Source: Candidatus Poribacteria bacterium
GTDB taxonomy: Bacteria; Poribacteria; WGA-4E; WGA-3G
Length of the DNA stretch: 64,000 nt
Reading direction: 5' to 3'
Assembly (NCBI GenBank): GCA_028820635.1
Contig: JAPPIG010000108.1
Location: 113,733 to 177,732, forward strand
In this document: one piece after another, positions 27,862 through 37,005 of the stretch
How positions within the stretch are numbered: position 1 is the first letter of the stretch
Layout of the letters: each line of letters starts with the position of its first letter
The notes under the pieces: generated by a model
The model's input: the letters and a program-made list of their open reading frames with translations, nothing else
Databases searched by the model: none
Told to the model about the DNA's origin: nothing
Made by a program: the position numbers and the translations under genes

Positions 27862-29025
27862 TTATGAGACTTGCCAATGCTCATTACCAGCGTAACGGGC
27901 ATCATACACATCTTGATTGAATTCTAAACCGAGTCCGGGGGTATCAGGTACTGTGAACGTACCATCGTTGAATCCGTAGCCAGAAACATCAATCACATCA
28001 CTGGTGAGGGTTGCGACTTCTCCATAGAGAAAATGCGGGATCGTCTTTGCGAATTGGAGGCTGAGGAAAAAACCGAGCAGAGAACCCCAGTTATGCGGTG
28101 CACATTTGACGTTGCCCGCAGCAGCCATATCGGCAAGCCGCCGCCAACCCGTAACGCCAAGACCTTTCATATCATGTTGGATAACATCAATTACACCTGC
28201 TTCAAAGAACGGATCGTAGAATTCAAGCGGAGCACGGGTGCGGGTCTCGCCATCAGCGATTAAAGTCTTCAATCCCTTTTCTTGGATATAAGCCTTCAGA
28301 TTGCGGTATAACTCAACATCCTCTTCAAACATCTCCTCAATCCAGAACACATCACAGTTGCTTGTCTCATTCAGAAAGGTAATAACTTCATCATAAGTAT
28401 ACGCGTTGTTCGCATCAACAAGGATATTAAAATCTTCCCCAGCAGTGCTACGTGCAAGTTGGACAACTTCTATATCACGCTGTAATCCTGCTTTGCGTTC
28501 CATAAGATGATTCCCGCGTCCCATTTTCATTTTGCACGCTGTAAATCCATCAGCCAAACTCTTTTTGACATCATCCTCAATCCGCTTAAGCCCTTCAGCT
28601 TCCGTTTCGTAAAGGAGATCGTTAAAATATATGGTGCTATCGTAAGCGGGTAATCCATTGCCGTAGGATTCAGTTCCCATGAGTTGATAAGCGGGTTTTT
28701 CAAGGATTTTTCCTATAGTATCCCACAGAGCATTTTCAAATCCGCGGTATGCTTCAACGACTCCATTTTCAGGATTCAACAGTTCAAAAGGATTCTTGTT
28801 TAGAGCAGATTTTGCTTCTTCAGCAGAAGAACCCCAACTGGTAGGTCCCCATCCAAGTGTGCCATCGTTGGTGTAGATACGGGTAATTCCTTCACGCCAC
28901 TTCCCATTTGGGTCTGGCTGTTTTATCTCTTTGGCACCAGAGTTGCAACCGATGGCGGGTTGGTCAATCTCAACTGTAACCTGCTCAATTTTGGTAATTT
29001 TGATGTCCGATGGATAGTTCGGCAT
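27862..29025 (-). CDS. Enolase-superfamily enzyme (mandelate racemase / muconate lactonizing enzyme / acid-sugar dehydratase family)
   Basis: 387 aa. Contains the MR-family KMKMG(R)G region and D/E/D metal-ligand-like blocks (ILVDANNAY, WIEE, LIADGE). Confidence 0.65.
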   Translation of the reverse strand: MPNYPSDIKITKIEQVTVEIDQPAIGCNSGAKEIKQPDPNGKWREGITRIYTNDGTLGWGPTSWGSSAEEAKSALNKNPFELLNPENGVVEAYRGFENALWDTIGKILEKPAYQLMGTESYGNGLPAYDSTIYFNDLLYETEAEGLKRIEDDVKKSLADGFTACKMKMGRGNHLMERKAGLQRDIEVVQLARSTAGEDFNILVDANNAYTYDEVITFLNETSNCDVFWIEEMFEEDVELYRNLKAYIQEKGLKTLIADGETRTRAPLEFYDPFFEAGVIDVIQHDMKGLGVTGWRRLADMAAAGNVKCAPHNWGSLLGFFLSLQFAKTIPHFLYGEVATLTSDVIDVSGYGFNDGTFTVPDTPGLGLEFNQDVYDARYAGNEHWQVS

Positions 29026-29131
29026 GGGTTTTCTCCTTGTTAGCGATGAAAACTCAACTATCAGAGAAGAGAGCGATGATTGTAGTAATTCCTACAAAAG
29101 TTATGATAATCCACGATTATACATTTTCTAC

Positions 29132-30352
29132 TTATTCTTCAGTCTCATCCTTTTCAAGCTCAAGAAGTAGTTCGTTGAGCACACCATTTACCGTGGGGTT
29201 AGTTTCTTTATTTCTATAATAATCGTCGAGTTTATGCGGTAAATTATCATAGGGGTCTGCTGTTTGAATTTGCTTGATCAGTGCTGGTTTTTTAAGCAAT
29301 TGGACAATAAAAACTCTATCTTCGTGATTAGAGATAGAAATCTCGATGTCTATCAACAACTTGATTAAACGTGATGCCAATCCGTCTGCAAGACCAATTT
29401 CAGCATAGTGACTTAGGGTTTCTACAACAGTCCTTTTCGTGTTAATACTGGAATCGTTGGTTAGCATACTAAACAAGTTATCTACTGCGTTTTTATCAGT
29501 ATGTTTTTCTAATGCTTGGACAATAGCTAACCGAACTGTATCATCAGCGTCCTTAAGTGCCTTGATCATTTTGTCAGTAGACGGTTGATTGAGCAATATC
29601 ATTGATCTCGCGGCGGCTTGGCGTGCTAAAACATTATTATCGGTCAAAGCTGCCTCAATGTCTTTTTGGTATGCTTTATTGCCGAGTCGATATAGGGCGG
29701 AAAGAATCTCTATCTTCAACCCAGTATCCAATACTGTGTTTTTAAGAGATTCTAACCTTTCCTGGGCCGAAGGATCTCCGATATCTGCGATAATACGTAT
29801 CAATCTATCCCTGACTGGAATAGAGGTATCTGCGTTATCTACTGCGGTGAAGAGTTCATCAATGCCTTTGCTGCCGATCTGTGTCAGGATATAGTCGAAA
29901 TCTTTATGGGCATCGGAATACTTTTTTTCAATAAAACTCTTCAAAATGAGTGGTATGACAGGGATACCTTTATCAATTAGGATTTGTCTGACATCATTTT
30001 GAAAGAGATGTCTCTCATTAAGGATTTGAAAGATTTCTTCCGTCTCAGATGTGTTCAGTTCAGCAAGACGCCGTGCCCGTTCATTCCGATATTCGGTTTC
30101 CAAATTGTTGCTCTTTAGCCACGTGGCATCCGCAGAAAGTGCGTAACTATACGCAATTAGCAGGAGTGCCCGAGGTTCATCCTTATTTTTTTCTTCTATT
30201 TCGGCAAGTTTGAGATGGCTAACTGCTTCTATTGCGAGACCAGCTAATAATTTTTGTCTGCCCGGTTTAAGTTCAGGAATGATTTTTTCCTGCTTACAGC
30301 CAAACGACACAACCCATGTTAAAACGAGGCATATCGTTAAAAGTTTTTTCAT
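29132..30352 (-). CDS. HEAT/PBS-lyase-type repeat lipoprotein, paralog 1
   Basis: Lipobox (VSFGC). Repeated about 30-aa helical units with D/N-x-x-V-R-x-x-A-x-x-A-L signatures. Length is 406 aa. Confidence 0.65.
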   Translation of the reverse strand: MKKLLTICLVLTWVVSFGCKQEKIIPELKPGRQKLLAGLAIEAVSHLKLAEIEEKNKDEPRALLLIAYSYALSADATWLKSNNLETEYRNERARRLAELNTSETEEIFQILNERHLFQNDVRQILIDKGIPVIPLILKSFIEKKYSDAHKDFDYILTQIGSKGIDELFTAVDNADTSIPVRDRLIRIIADIGDPSAQERLESLKNTVLDTGLKIEILSALYRLGNKAYQKDIEAALTDNNVLARQAAARSMILLNQPSTDKMIKALKDADDTVRLAIVQALEKHTDKNAVDNLFSMLTNDSSINTKRTVVETLSHYAEIGLADGLASRLIKLLIDIEISISNHEDRVFIVQLLKKPALIKQIQTADPYDNLPHKLDDYYRNKETNPTVNGVLNELLLELEKDETEE

Positions 30353-30646
30353 GTTAACTTCGTTTTCCTCCTAACATCAACGTAAATGTCAAATCTGTGT
30401 ATAGTATAAATTCAGATAGATTAACTTTCGTCGAGAATCCGAGAGATTAGTATACAGAAGTATGATAAAACAGATACATTTTTGTGTCAAGAAAATTTTA
30501 ATATAGCGTTGCTTAAATAAAAACGTAGTATTTACAACGACATCAAAGGAGTTGCCTTTATCCAACAAAATTTGAACCTCTCCCATAATTATGAGAGAGG
30601 TCGCATAATTTAAATCCGTATACAGAATTCACATCTACAGAGAAAA

Positions 30647-31852
30647 CTATTTTCTAATATCGTTGAGTAGTTCATTGAGTTCAACTTTTACAAATGCACT
30701 CTCTTCTTCATTTTGGATATAATTGTAAAGTTTAGTTTCAAGTTCATCATCAAATAACGTTGCTGCCTTTAGCTGCTTCACCATCCGTTTTTTGAGAAAT
30801 TGCACTAACATCAAGCGGTCATCTGAATTGTTCACCTCTTTATTGATAAGTAAATACGTCATGCGACTTGCTAACCCTCTTGTAAGACCGCCGCCTGCTT
30901 CAATATAGGTAGCAAGCGTATTTAAGACAGCTTGCTTCGCTTTTGAGCTATGCTCACTTTTGATTATATTTACAAATGGTTCTACAGCATTTTTGGTTTT
31001 GTGTACAGATAAAGCCTTTGCAATGTCAGTAACTACCTGGGAATCATCGTCTTTAAGTGCCGTGATAAGCATGCTTGTGTTGACATTTTTAAGGTTAGCC
31101 ATTGCTTTTGCTGCAGCACGTCGCACCTCTACTTCATTTGCTGTTAGTCCTGCAAGAATTTCAGTTTTATATTTTCTATCACCGAGTTGATAAAGGGTCG
31201 TATAAACTGCCATTTTGAGCGCATCGCTCATGCCGGTTGTATCAATAGATTTTAATCTTTCAGCCGCTTTCTCATCCCCAATTTCGCCGAGCACCTGAAT
31301 TAGTTTCATTTTTATAGCAGGATTCACCTCTGCATCGGCTATGCTATCTAAGATAGGCTCAATCGTCTTAGTTCCCATTTGCTCAAGTGCCGAAATAAGA
31401 TTCTTCTGTATATCTGGATATAAACCTTGGGCAAGATTATCAATTATTAAAATAGCAGCGTCTGTTCCTTTCTGAACCAATGCTTGAAACCCAGCTTGTT
31501 GGATTTCCGAACGTTTGTTGAGAATTTCGATCATTTTGTTGATCTCTGCTTCATTCAAGGCTGCTATTCTTTGAGTTTTCTGTTTTTTATATTCTGATTC
31601 AAAATCCTGTCCCTTTGTCGCATCTGATGCAAGCGCGTGTGAGTATGCTATTACGAGCAGTGCACGCGGCTCTGTTTTATCTTCCTCTTTTTTCTCTGCC
31701 TCTATGAGAAGATTAATAGCTTCAACAGCGTTTCCACTTTCAATAAGTTTATCTCGCCCAACCGACAGATAACTGGGACCTTTCTGTTTCGTATCACAAC
31801 CAAAGCAAATAAATAAGATTAAAATCAGTGGAATAATTGCAAGATTTTTCAT
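30647..31852 (-). CDS. HEAT/PBS-lyase-type repeat lipoprotein, paralog 2
   Basis: Lipobox (CFGC). Same architecture as the neighbouring gene, with shared blocks such as EPRALL(L/V)IAYS(Y/H)AL(S/A)(A/D)AT and VR..AA.(S/A)M. Length is 401 aa. Confidence 0.65.
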   Translation of the reverse strand: MKNLAIIPLILILFICFGCDTKQKGPSYLSVGRDKLIESGNAVEAINLLIEAEKKEEDKTEPRALLVIAYSHALASDATKGQDFESEYKKQKTQRIAALNEAEINKMIEILNKRSEIQQAGFQALVQKGTDAAILIIDNLAQGLYPDIQKNLISALEQMGTKTIEPILDSIADAEVNPAIKMKLIQVLGEIGDEKAAERLKSIDTTGMSDALKMAVYTTLYQLGDRKYKTEILAGLTANEVEVRRAAAKAMANLKNVNTSMLITALKDDDSQVVTDIAKALSVHKTKNAVEPFVNIIKSEHSSKAKQAVLNTLATYIEAGGGLTRGLASRMTYLLINKEVNNSDDRLMLVQFLKKRMVKQLKAATLFDDELETKLYNYIQNEEESAFVKVELNELLNDIRK

Positions 31853-32270
31853 AAAACCTTCTGTGTGCCTCCCATAACAAATTCAAGCCAAATTTCAGAT
31901 AACCAGTTTGAATGTCAAATTAACCGATATATAGATAATCCAAGGTGCTCAAACTTTTGCCTAATGAACACTCAGTACCAAACGATTCACGATAATCACA
32001 AACTTTACAAGTAGTTCATGTTATAAAAAATACCACAAAAAACCAGAAATGTCAAATCAAATACAGGGTTATTCAGTTTCTATATTTTTTTACAAGTGTT
32101 TATTTTTATGAAAAGCAGATATAGTGTGTTTTTTTTACCCCATATCTGCTATACATAAATATTAACAACTGTGATAGAAACTGCCCGAAAAACATAAAAC
32201 TAAATAACCCTGGAGAGTTTCTTGTTGGAAGGCTTTGTAAGCCCGATTTATTACCCAAAGTAGGCGCGTT

Positions 32271-32398
32271 TTTTAAACGCGCCGAACTCAGACATTAGAT
32301 GCTATAAATGGCGCGTTTACAAAACGCGCCTATCATGTGGGGCAAGACTTAGAAAACGCCAAATCAACGCTGAATGCGCGTTTGCAAAACGCGCTTAC
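32271..32398. repeat. Cluster of three REP-A hairpins (GGCGCGTTT-ACAAA-ACGCGCC-TAYC type) in a 640-bp AT-rich intergenic region
   Basis: The three units are ggcgcgttttttaaacgcgcc, ggcgcgtttacaaaacgcgcctatc and tgcgcgtttgcaaaacgcgcttacc. Confidence 0.65.
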
Positions 32399-32495
32399 CA
32401 CAAGAAGGTTTGAGTTAATTTGAAATGACATGTCTTTCAAGATATGGTATCATGAAGAAGTAAATTTAAAATATACAAAAGGAGCGGTCCCGTAA

Positions 32496-33320
32496 ATGGC
32501 GGATCAATCTTCTAAAAGTTGGGCAGAATCGTATATCAATGACGGATATTTATTAGTTCCAGACCTCGTTACACCGCAAGAATGTGAAGAAATCAAATTA
32601 GAAATGCTAAAAATCTTTCGTGGCGATTATGAATGTAAAGCGATTCCGTCAATGCCCGAAAATGCGACAGAAACTGAGATATTGGATCGGATTATGTGTG
32701 TCGGTGAACCACATACATTTAGTCCGCTCGTCCATCGTTATGTTGAACATCCAAAAATCTGTGCGGTGCTCCAAGAGATAGTCGGTGCGCATATCCCGTT
32801 TTGGGATGGCGGTATAAAGTGTATGCAGTCCATGATGTTGGGTAAGGTGCCAGGACATACGGGTAATCCGTGGCATCAAGATGAACACCCGATACCGACG
32901 CGCGACCGATCACTTGTCGGTGCTTGGATTGCCTTGGATGATGCCACTATTGATAATGGATGTCTGTGGGTATTGCCCAACAGCCATCGTTCCGGCGTAA
33001 TTTATGATCGGCACCCGCATAATAAACGCGACGAGTTTGACAGTTGCCACGAGGCGATGGGTTTTGATGATTCTGATGAAATCCCAATTGAGATGACTGC
33101 CGGAAGCGTTCTCTTTTTCAACGGTTACCTTTTACATCGCTCTAAGAAAAACCGGAGCGATAGTTATCGTCGTGTTTTGGTAAGCCATTATTGTTCAACA
33201 GCGTCGTGGATTGGATGGAAGGGACAACGTAATTATCGCGGTGTGATCGTTGTTTCAGGTAATGATCCTTATTCTGACGAAGGTTATGTTACGCCAAATG
33301 CTTGGGCGCGTTGGGAATAA
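32496..33320 (+). CDS. Phytanoyl-CoA dioxygenase (PhyH)-family Fe(II)/2OG oxygenase
   Basis: The N-terminus (SYINDGYLLVPDLV) and an H-x-D … H pattern (WHQDEH … H near LHRSKKN) fit the family. Length is 274 aa. Confidence 0.75.
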   Translation: MADQSSKSWAESYINDGYLLVPDLVTPQECEEIKLEMLKIFRGDYECKAIPSMPENATETEILDRIMCVGEPHTFSPLVHRYVEHPKICAVLQEIVGAHIPFWDGGIKCMQSMMLGKVPGHTGNPWHQDEHPIPTRDRSLVGAWIALDDATIDNGCLWVLPNSHRSGVIYDRHPHNKRDEFDSCHEAMGFDDSDEIPIEMTAGSVLFFNGYLLHRSKKNRSDSYRRVLVSHYCSTASWIGWKGQRNYRGVIVVSGNDPYSDEGYVTPNAWARWE

Positions 33321-34147
33321 CAACCACAAATATTATGAACGAACAATTATCAGTAGAAACCCCAGAACAGATTGACATCAACTATCAGAAAGCAGGTATA
33401 GGATCGCGTTTCTATGCGGCACTGCTTGACACTTTATTACTTGTACTGATAATACTTGTCGGCACTTACGTCAATATCAAATTTGTCACTGAACTTGGAG
33501 ATATACTTGGTAACTGGCTGAGAGCAGTTGGTGGTATTATTGTTTTTGCCTTGTTCTGGGGGTACTATATGGTATTTGAGATTACGACGAACGGTCAATC
33601 CCCTGGGAAACTTGCACTCGGATTACGCGTCATCAAAGAAGGCGGTTACCCGATTAGTTTCGCTGATTCAGCTATCCGTAATTTAGTGCGGGTCGTCGAT
33701 TTTCTGCCGTTCTGCTATGGTGCAGGGTTGTTCGTTATGCTGATAAATAAGAATTGGCAAAGGTTAGGCGACTTAGCTGCAGGCACGCTTGTCGTTAAAA
33801 CATCGCGAAAAAGTCGCGAATATACTGGTATTAATTCAAAGGTTTCTACCCCTGCGGTCAACATCTCACGAGAAGAATCACTCTATACTGACTGGATAAA
33901 ACCGGAATTGGTAACAGAGTCGGAGTTAGGCATGATACGTGAATATCTTTTACGTCGTTCCACACTTTCTACTATCCGTCTTACGGACCTCGCCCGAACC
34001 ATTGGTTACCCTATTGCCGAAAAGATGGGAAGGGGCGGTGATATTCGCTACGATAAATTTTTAGAAGAAGTCTACACGCTGAAGACATCAGAGTCTCCTA
34101 AACCTGTTCAGGAAAAGAGTGATAGCCCATCTGAATCTACAGAGTAG
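33302..34147 (+). CDS. RDD-family membrane protein
   Basis: Shows the RFYAALLDTLLL and VVDFLPF-YG blocks and 3 TM segments. The true start is probably a few codons inside the ORF. Confidence 0.65.
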   Translation: MGALGITTTNIMNEQLSVETPEQIDINYQKAGIGSRFYAALLDTLLLVLIILVGTYVNIKFVTELGDILGNWLRAVGGIIVFALFWGYYMVFEITTNGQSPGKLALGLRVIKEGGYPISFADSAIRNLVRVVDFLPFCYGAGLFVMLINKNWQRLGDLAAGTLVVKTSRKSREYTGINSKVSTPAVNISREESLYTDWIKPELVTESELGMIREYLLRRSTLSTIRLTDLARTIGYPIAEKMGRGGDIRYDKFLEEVYTLKTSESPKPVQEKSDSPSESTE

Positions 34148-34155
34148 AACAGATT

Positions 34156-35115
34156 ATGGAAATTGAATCACCGACAACAATTGAAAACACCTCTCCTATA
34201 CCGCGTTCGATGGGTTTCGGTGAACTTCTTGATGCAACGTTTAGTTTCTACCGTACACATTTCCTGCGATTTCTTGGTATAACATCAATCTATCTTCTCG
34301 CAATGCTCATCGGATTTTCAATCTGCCTTTTGGACGATTCGGTAGGGCGAAATGAAAGGATAGCAATCTGGATCACAATGACAGGTGTTCTTTTTGGTGT
34401 TTCAATTTTCGTTGCAAGCAGCCTCATGTTCGCAACTTCCCAAGCCTATCTTGATGGTGTTATTAGAATAGGTGCAGTGTTAAAACTGGGTATACGGCAA
34501 TTTATTACATGTTTTGTCGGTGCGTTTCTTTTTGGATTGATCGCTATTATCACCACAACTCTCGTAGGACTTTTCTTTAGTGGACCTCTCAGTTTTTTAA
34601 TGCAGATTCCTTTCAATTTCTTCTTAACTTTTGTTTTGTCACTACTATCTTCTGTGATTGTGATTTTTGTAGCAGTCTATTTCATAAGCCATTGGTGTTT
34701 CTTCGCTGCTGCAGTTTTAGTAGAAGGAAAATCTATATGGGACGGTATACGGCGTAGAGGTGAATTAATCAGGCGTAGGTCTTTGCAAATCGCCAGCATA
34801 ATGACAGCAATTTTTCTGCTATATTTAGCTGTCAATTTTATATTCCGATTTGGCTTCGGTTTTCTGTTTATTTTAACGGAACACACCAACTTTGAAGAGT
34901 TAAGAAACGTGCTTCAGCCGGTATGGCTCATGCAGCTCCCTGTTTTTCAAAATGAACTTCGGCTTTCGCACCAACTCATGCATCTAATCTATTTAGGTAT
35001 TGATACCATAACGATGCCGATCTGGGTTATCGGCGCGACACTCCTCTATTTTGATCAACGTATTCGGAGGGAAGGATTTGATATTGAAATGATGGCAGCG
35101 CGCCAAGGTGGGTAG
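34156..35115 (+). CDS. Polytopic membrane protein of unknown function (about 6-7 TM segments)
   Basis: 319-aa hydrophobic ORF starting 9 bp after the RDD gene. Confidence 0.55.
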   Translation: MEIESPTTIENTSPIPRSMGFGELLDATFSFYRTHFLRFLGITSIYLLAMLIGFSICLLDDSVGRNERIAIWITMTGVLFGVSIFVASSLMFATSQAYLDGVIRIGAVLKLGIRQFITCFVGAFLFGLIAIITTTLVGLFFSGPLSFLMQIPFNFFLTFVLSLLSSVIVIFVAVYFISHWCFFAAAVLVEGKSIWDGIRRRGELIRRRSLQIASIMTAIFLLYLAVNFIFRFGFGFLFILTEHTNFEELRNVLQPVWLMQLPVFQNELRLSHQLMHLIYLGIDTITMPIWVIGATLLYFDQRIRREGFDIEMMAARQGG

Positions 35116-35244
35116 AAAATGATAGGTTTTAGTAAAATCTAAATTTACTTTTACAGTTCTTTATAGGTTTGATGCGTTTATAGTAAAATCCAAAATATGT
35201 TCACATTACAATGAATGCTGTCATTGTGAACGTCAGTTATTTCA

Positions 35245-36087
35245 TCAATTAGAGTCTTCCGTTTTCAGATATTTTAACGGACTTTCGACAATATAATCCC
35301 CTGAGTCCTCAAGGAACTGCTGAACCAGAAAGACGTGTCCGCCACCAATAATTAACAATATCCGGTCCTCTTCAGATTCGGTGATACGCGTCAGATTGAC
35401 AAAAATTTTGAGATTACGGGCATACCAACGATGCACAAGCCAGTTCGCCCCGGGGTATTGATCGCTTAATCCAATCCGTGCACCGCGTAGGTATAACTGG
35501 TGGTCGGCGCGCCTGCCTTCAGGTTCGTTGCCGCGTATGTACATATCAATGAGTGATTCGTATTTCACGGGTACAATCCAGACTCTGCCATCTTCTTCCT
35601 CATGGAATTCCACGTCGCCATCAGGATAATAGTCCTCTATGCTTGACAACAAGTGCTCTTGATTGTGTTCCTTTGCGAATTTATCAGCATCGGTCAAATC
35701 CGAGTCAAAATCTTCTGGAAAAAATGGGTTATGCTTTGGCCAATAATCAACACCGTACAACTTCTGATGTTCCATCTGCTTAGCTAATCTAAACCCAATT
35801 TGGTCACCTTCTCCACGTTTGAGTTCGTAGGTGCCTTCCAGATAACCTTGGTAGTTCGCATTAATTTCAGACATAAACCTTTCATCTGCCTCAAGGGCAA
35901 TCTTAGTCGGACGAAACGGTTTAAGTAGTGTCACAAGTTGTTCTATTTCGCTTTGGCGTTTAGGCGCGAGCACATCGTCCATTTTGAAATTGTATGCATC
36001 CGCGCCAGGGTTCGCTAAGTGTCCACTTCCGAGAATCATGATTGTTGGTTTCATAGGGGTATTTTCTCCTTTTGATATTTCAAACAT
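35245..36087 (-). CDS. Hypothetical protein (280 aa); TraB/GumN-like fold is possible but unverified
   Basis: Intact ORF with conserved-looking ILGSGHLANPG and LIIGGGH blocks. Confidence 0.5.
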   Translation of the reverse strand: MFEISKGENTPMKPTIMILGSGHLANPGADAYNFKMDDVLAPKRQSEIEQLVTLLKPFRPTKIALEADERFMSEINANYQGYLEGTYELKRGEGDQIGFRLAKQMEHQKLYGVDYWPKHNPFFPEDFDSDLTDADKFAKEHNQEHLLSSIEDYYPDGDVEFHEEEDGRVWIVPVKYESLIDMYIRGNEPEGRRADHQLYLRGARIGLSDQYPGANWLVHRWYARNLKIFVNLTRITESEEDRILLIIGGGHVFLVQQFLEDSGDYIVESPLKYLKTEDSN

Positions 36088-36313
36088 TATAGCACGCTTG
36101 AAAAACCGATGCTATTGTAAAACTAATACCAATTCTATAAATTATTTTCTCTTTTGAAAAGAAATGTAAGAGGCGCAATGAATTGCGCGACTACAAAGGG
36201 TCTATTTCTTTAAGAGTAGTTATTTTTTAGGAATGGTATAACAGTAGGAAGCCATTCAGTTTTATGTTTATGAGTATAGAGGCTGCTATGTGCCCTGTTT
36301 AGAAACAACGATG

Positions 36314-36362
36314 CACTAAATCAACACCGAATGCGCGTATGGCATTCGGTGTTGATTTAGTG
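36314..36362. terminator. Perfect 21-bp stem / 7-nt loop hairpin (cactaaatcaacaccgaatgc-gcgtatg-gcattcggtgttgatttagtg). Candidate transcriptional terminator or REP downstream of the ECF cluster.
   Basis: The stem-loop was read directly from the sequence. It lies 86 bp past the stop of the lipoprotein gene at 36448 on the minus strand. It is related to the insert inside the IR-1 copy at 4964-5000. Confidence 0.4.
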
Positions 36363-36447
36363 CGATTACCTACATTTGAATTTTGTATTCAACTCACGTT
36401 ACACTTTAGACAAGTATCTTGAGCAAGACAACAGCTTAATTATAGGG

Positions 36448-36978
36448 TTACGACCCATTAGGTTTAGAACTGGAGACAGACTTTGATGTGCCATCGTATC
36501 GGCTAAATCTGCTTCGTACGTTTATTGTTGTGCCTACTTTAACAGGCAGAACTTCGTTATGATTTCCTCTATAGAAATTTCCGTCTCCGTTAAAGCGGAT
36601 AATTAGACGAATTGAATCGGAACTGTCTTCACTTGTGGAACCAACGTGAGTACAAATTAGACCGAGATCGATGGTAGGTTCTTCCACTTCTAACGGAAAT
36701 GTCTTGTTGAAGTTCTGGGTAACAGTATATTCCTCGCTGTAATTGTGAACGATGACTATAGCCCCCAAATTGTCTTTATGTTGACTGTAGTCAGTGGAAA
36801 TATCGAGGTCAAATGATGCGCCTTCGGGGACATGTTTAATCATAACGGTTACGCTTTCAGGTATATCAGTATGAGGGAACCTCATCTCGCGATCCCTTTC
36901 GCTGCAGCTGATAAGAAAAGGCAACGTAAACAGAGAAACAAAAACGGCAAGTTTTAAAGACTGATTCAATTTTTTCAT
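36448..36978 (-). CDS. Lipoprotein of unknown function (176 aa)
   Basis: Signal peptide with lipobox LISC. Confidence 0.55.
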   Translation of the reverse strand: MKKLNQSLKLAVFVSLFTLPFLISCSERDREMRFPHTDIPESVTVMIKHVPEGASFDLDISTDYSQHKDNLGAIVIVHNYSEEYTVTQNFNKTFPLEVEEPTIDLGLICTHVGSTSEDSSDSIRLIIRFNGDGNFYRGNHNEVLPVKVGTTINVRSRFSRYDGTSKSVSSSKPNGS

Positions 36979-37005
36979 TGGACTCTCCTTTCAATTTCAG
37001 TAAGT

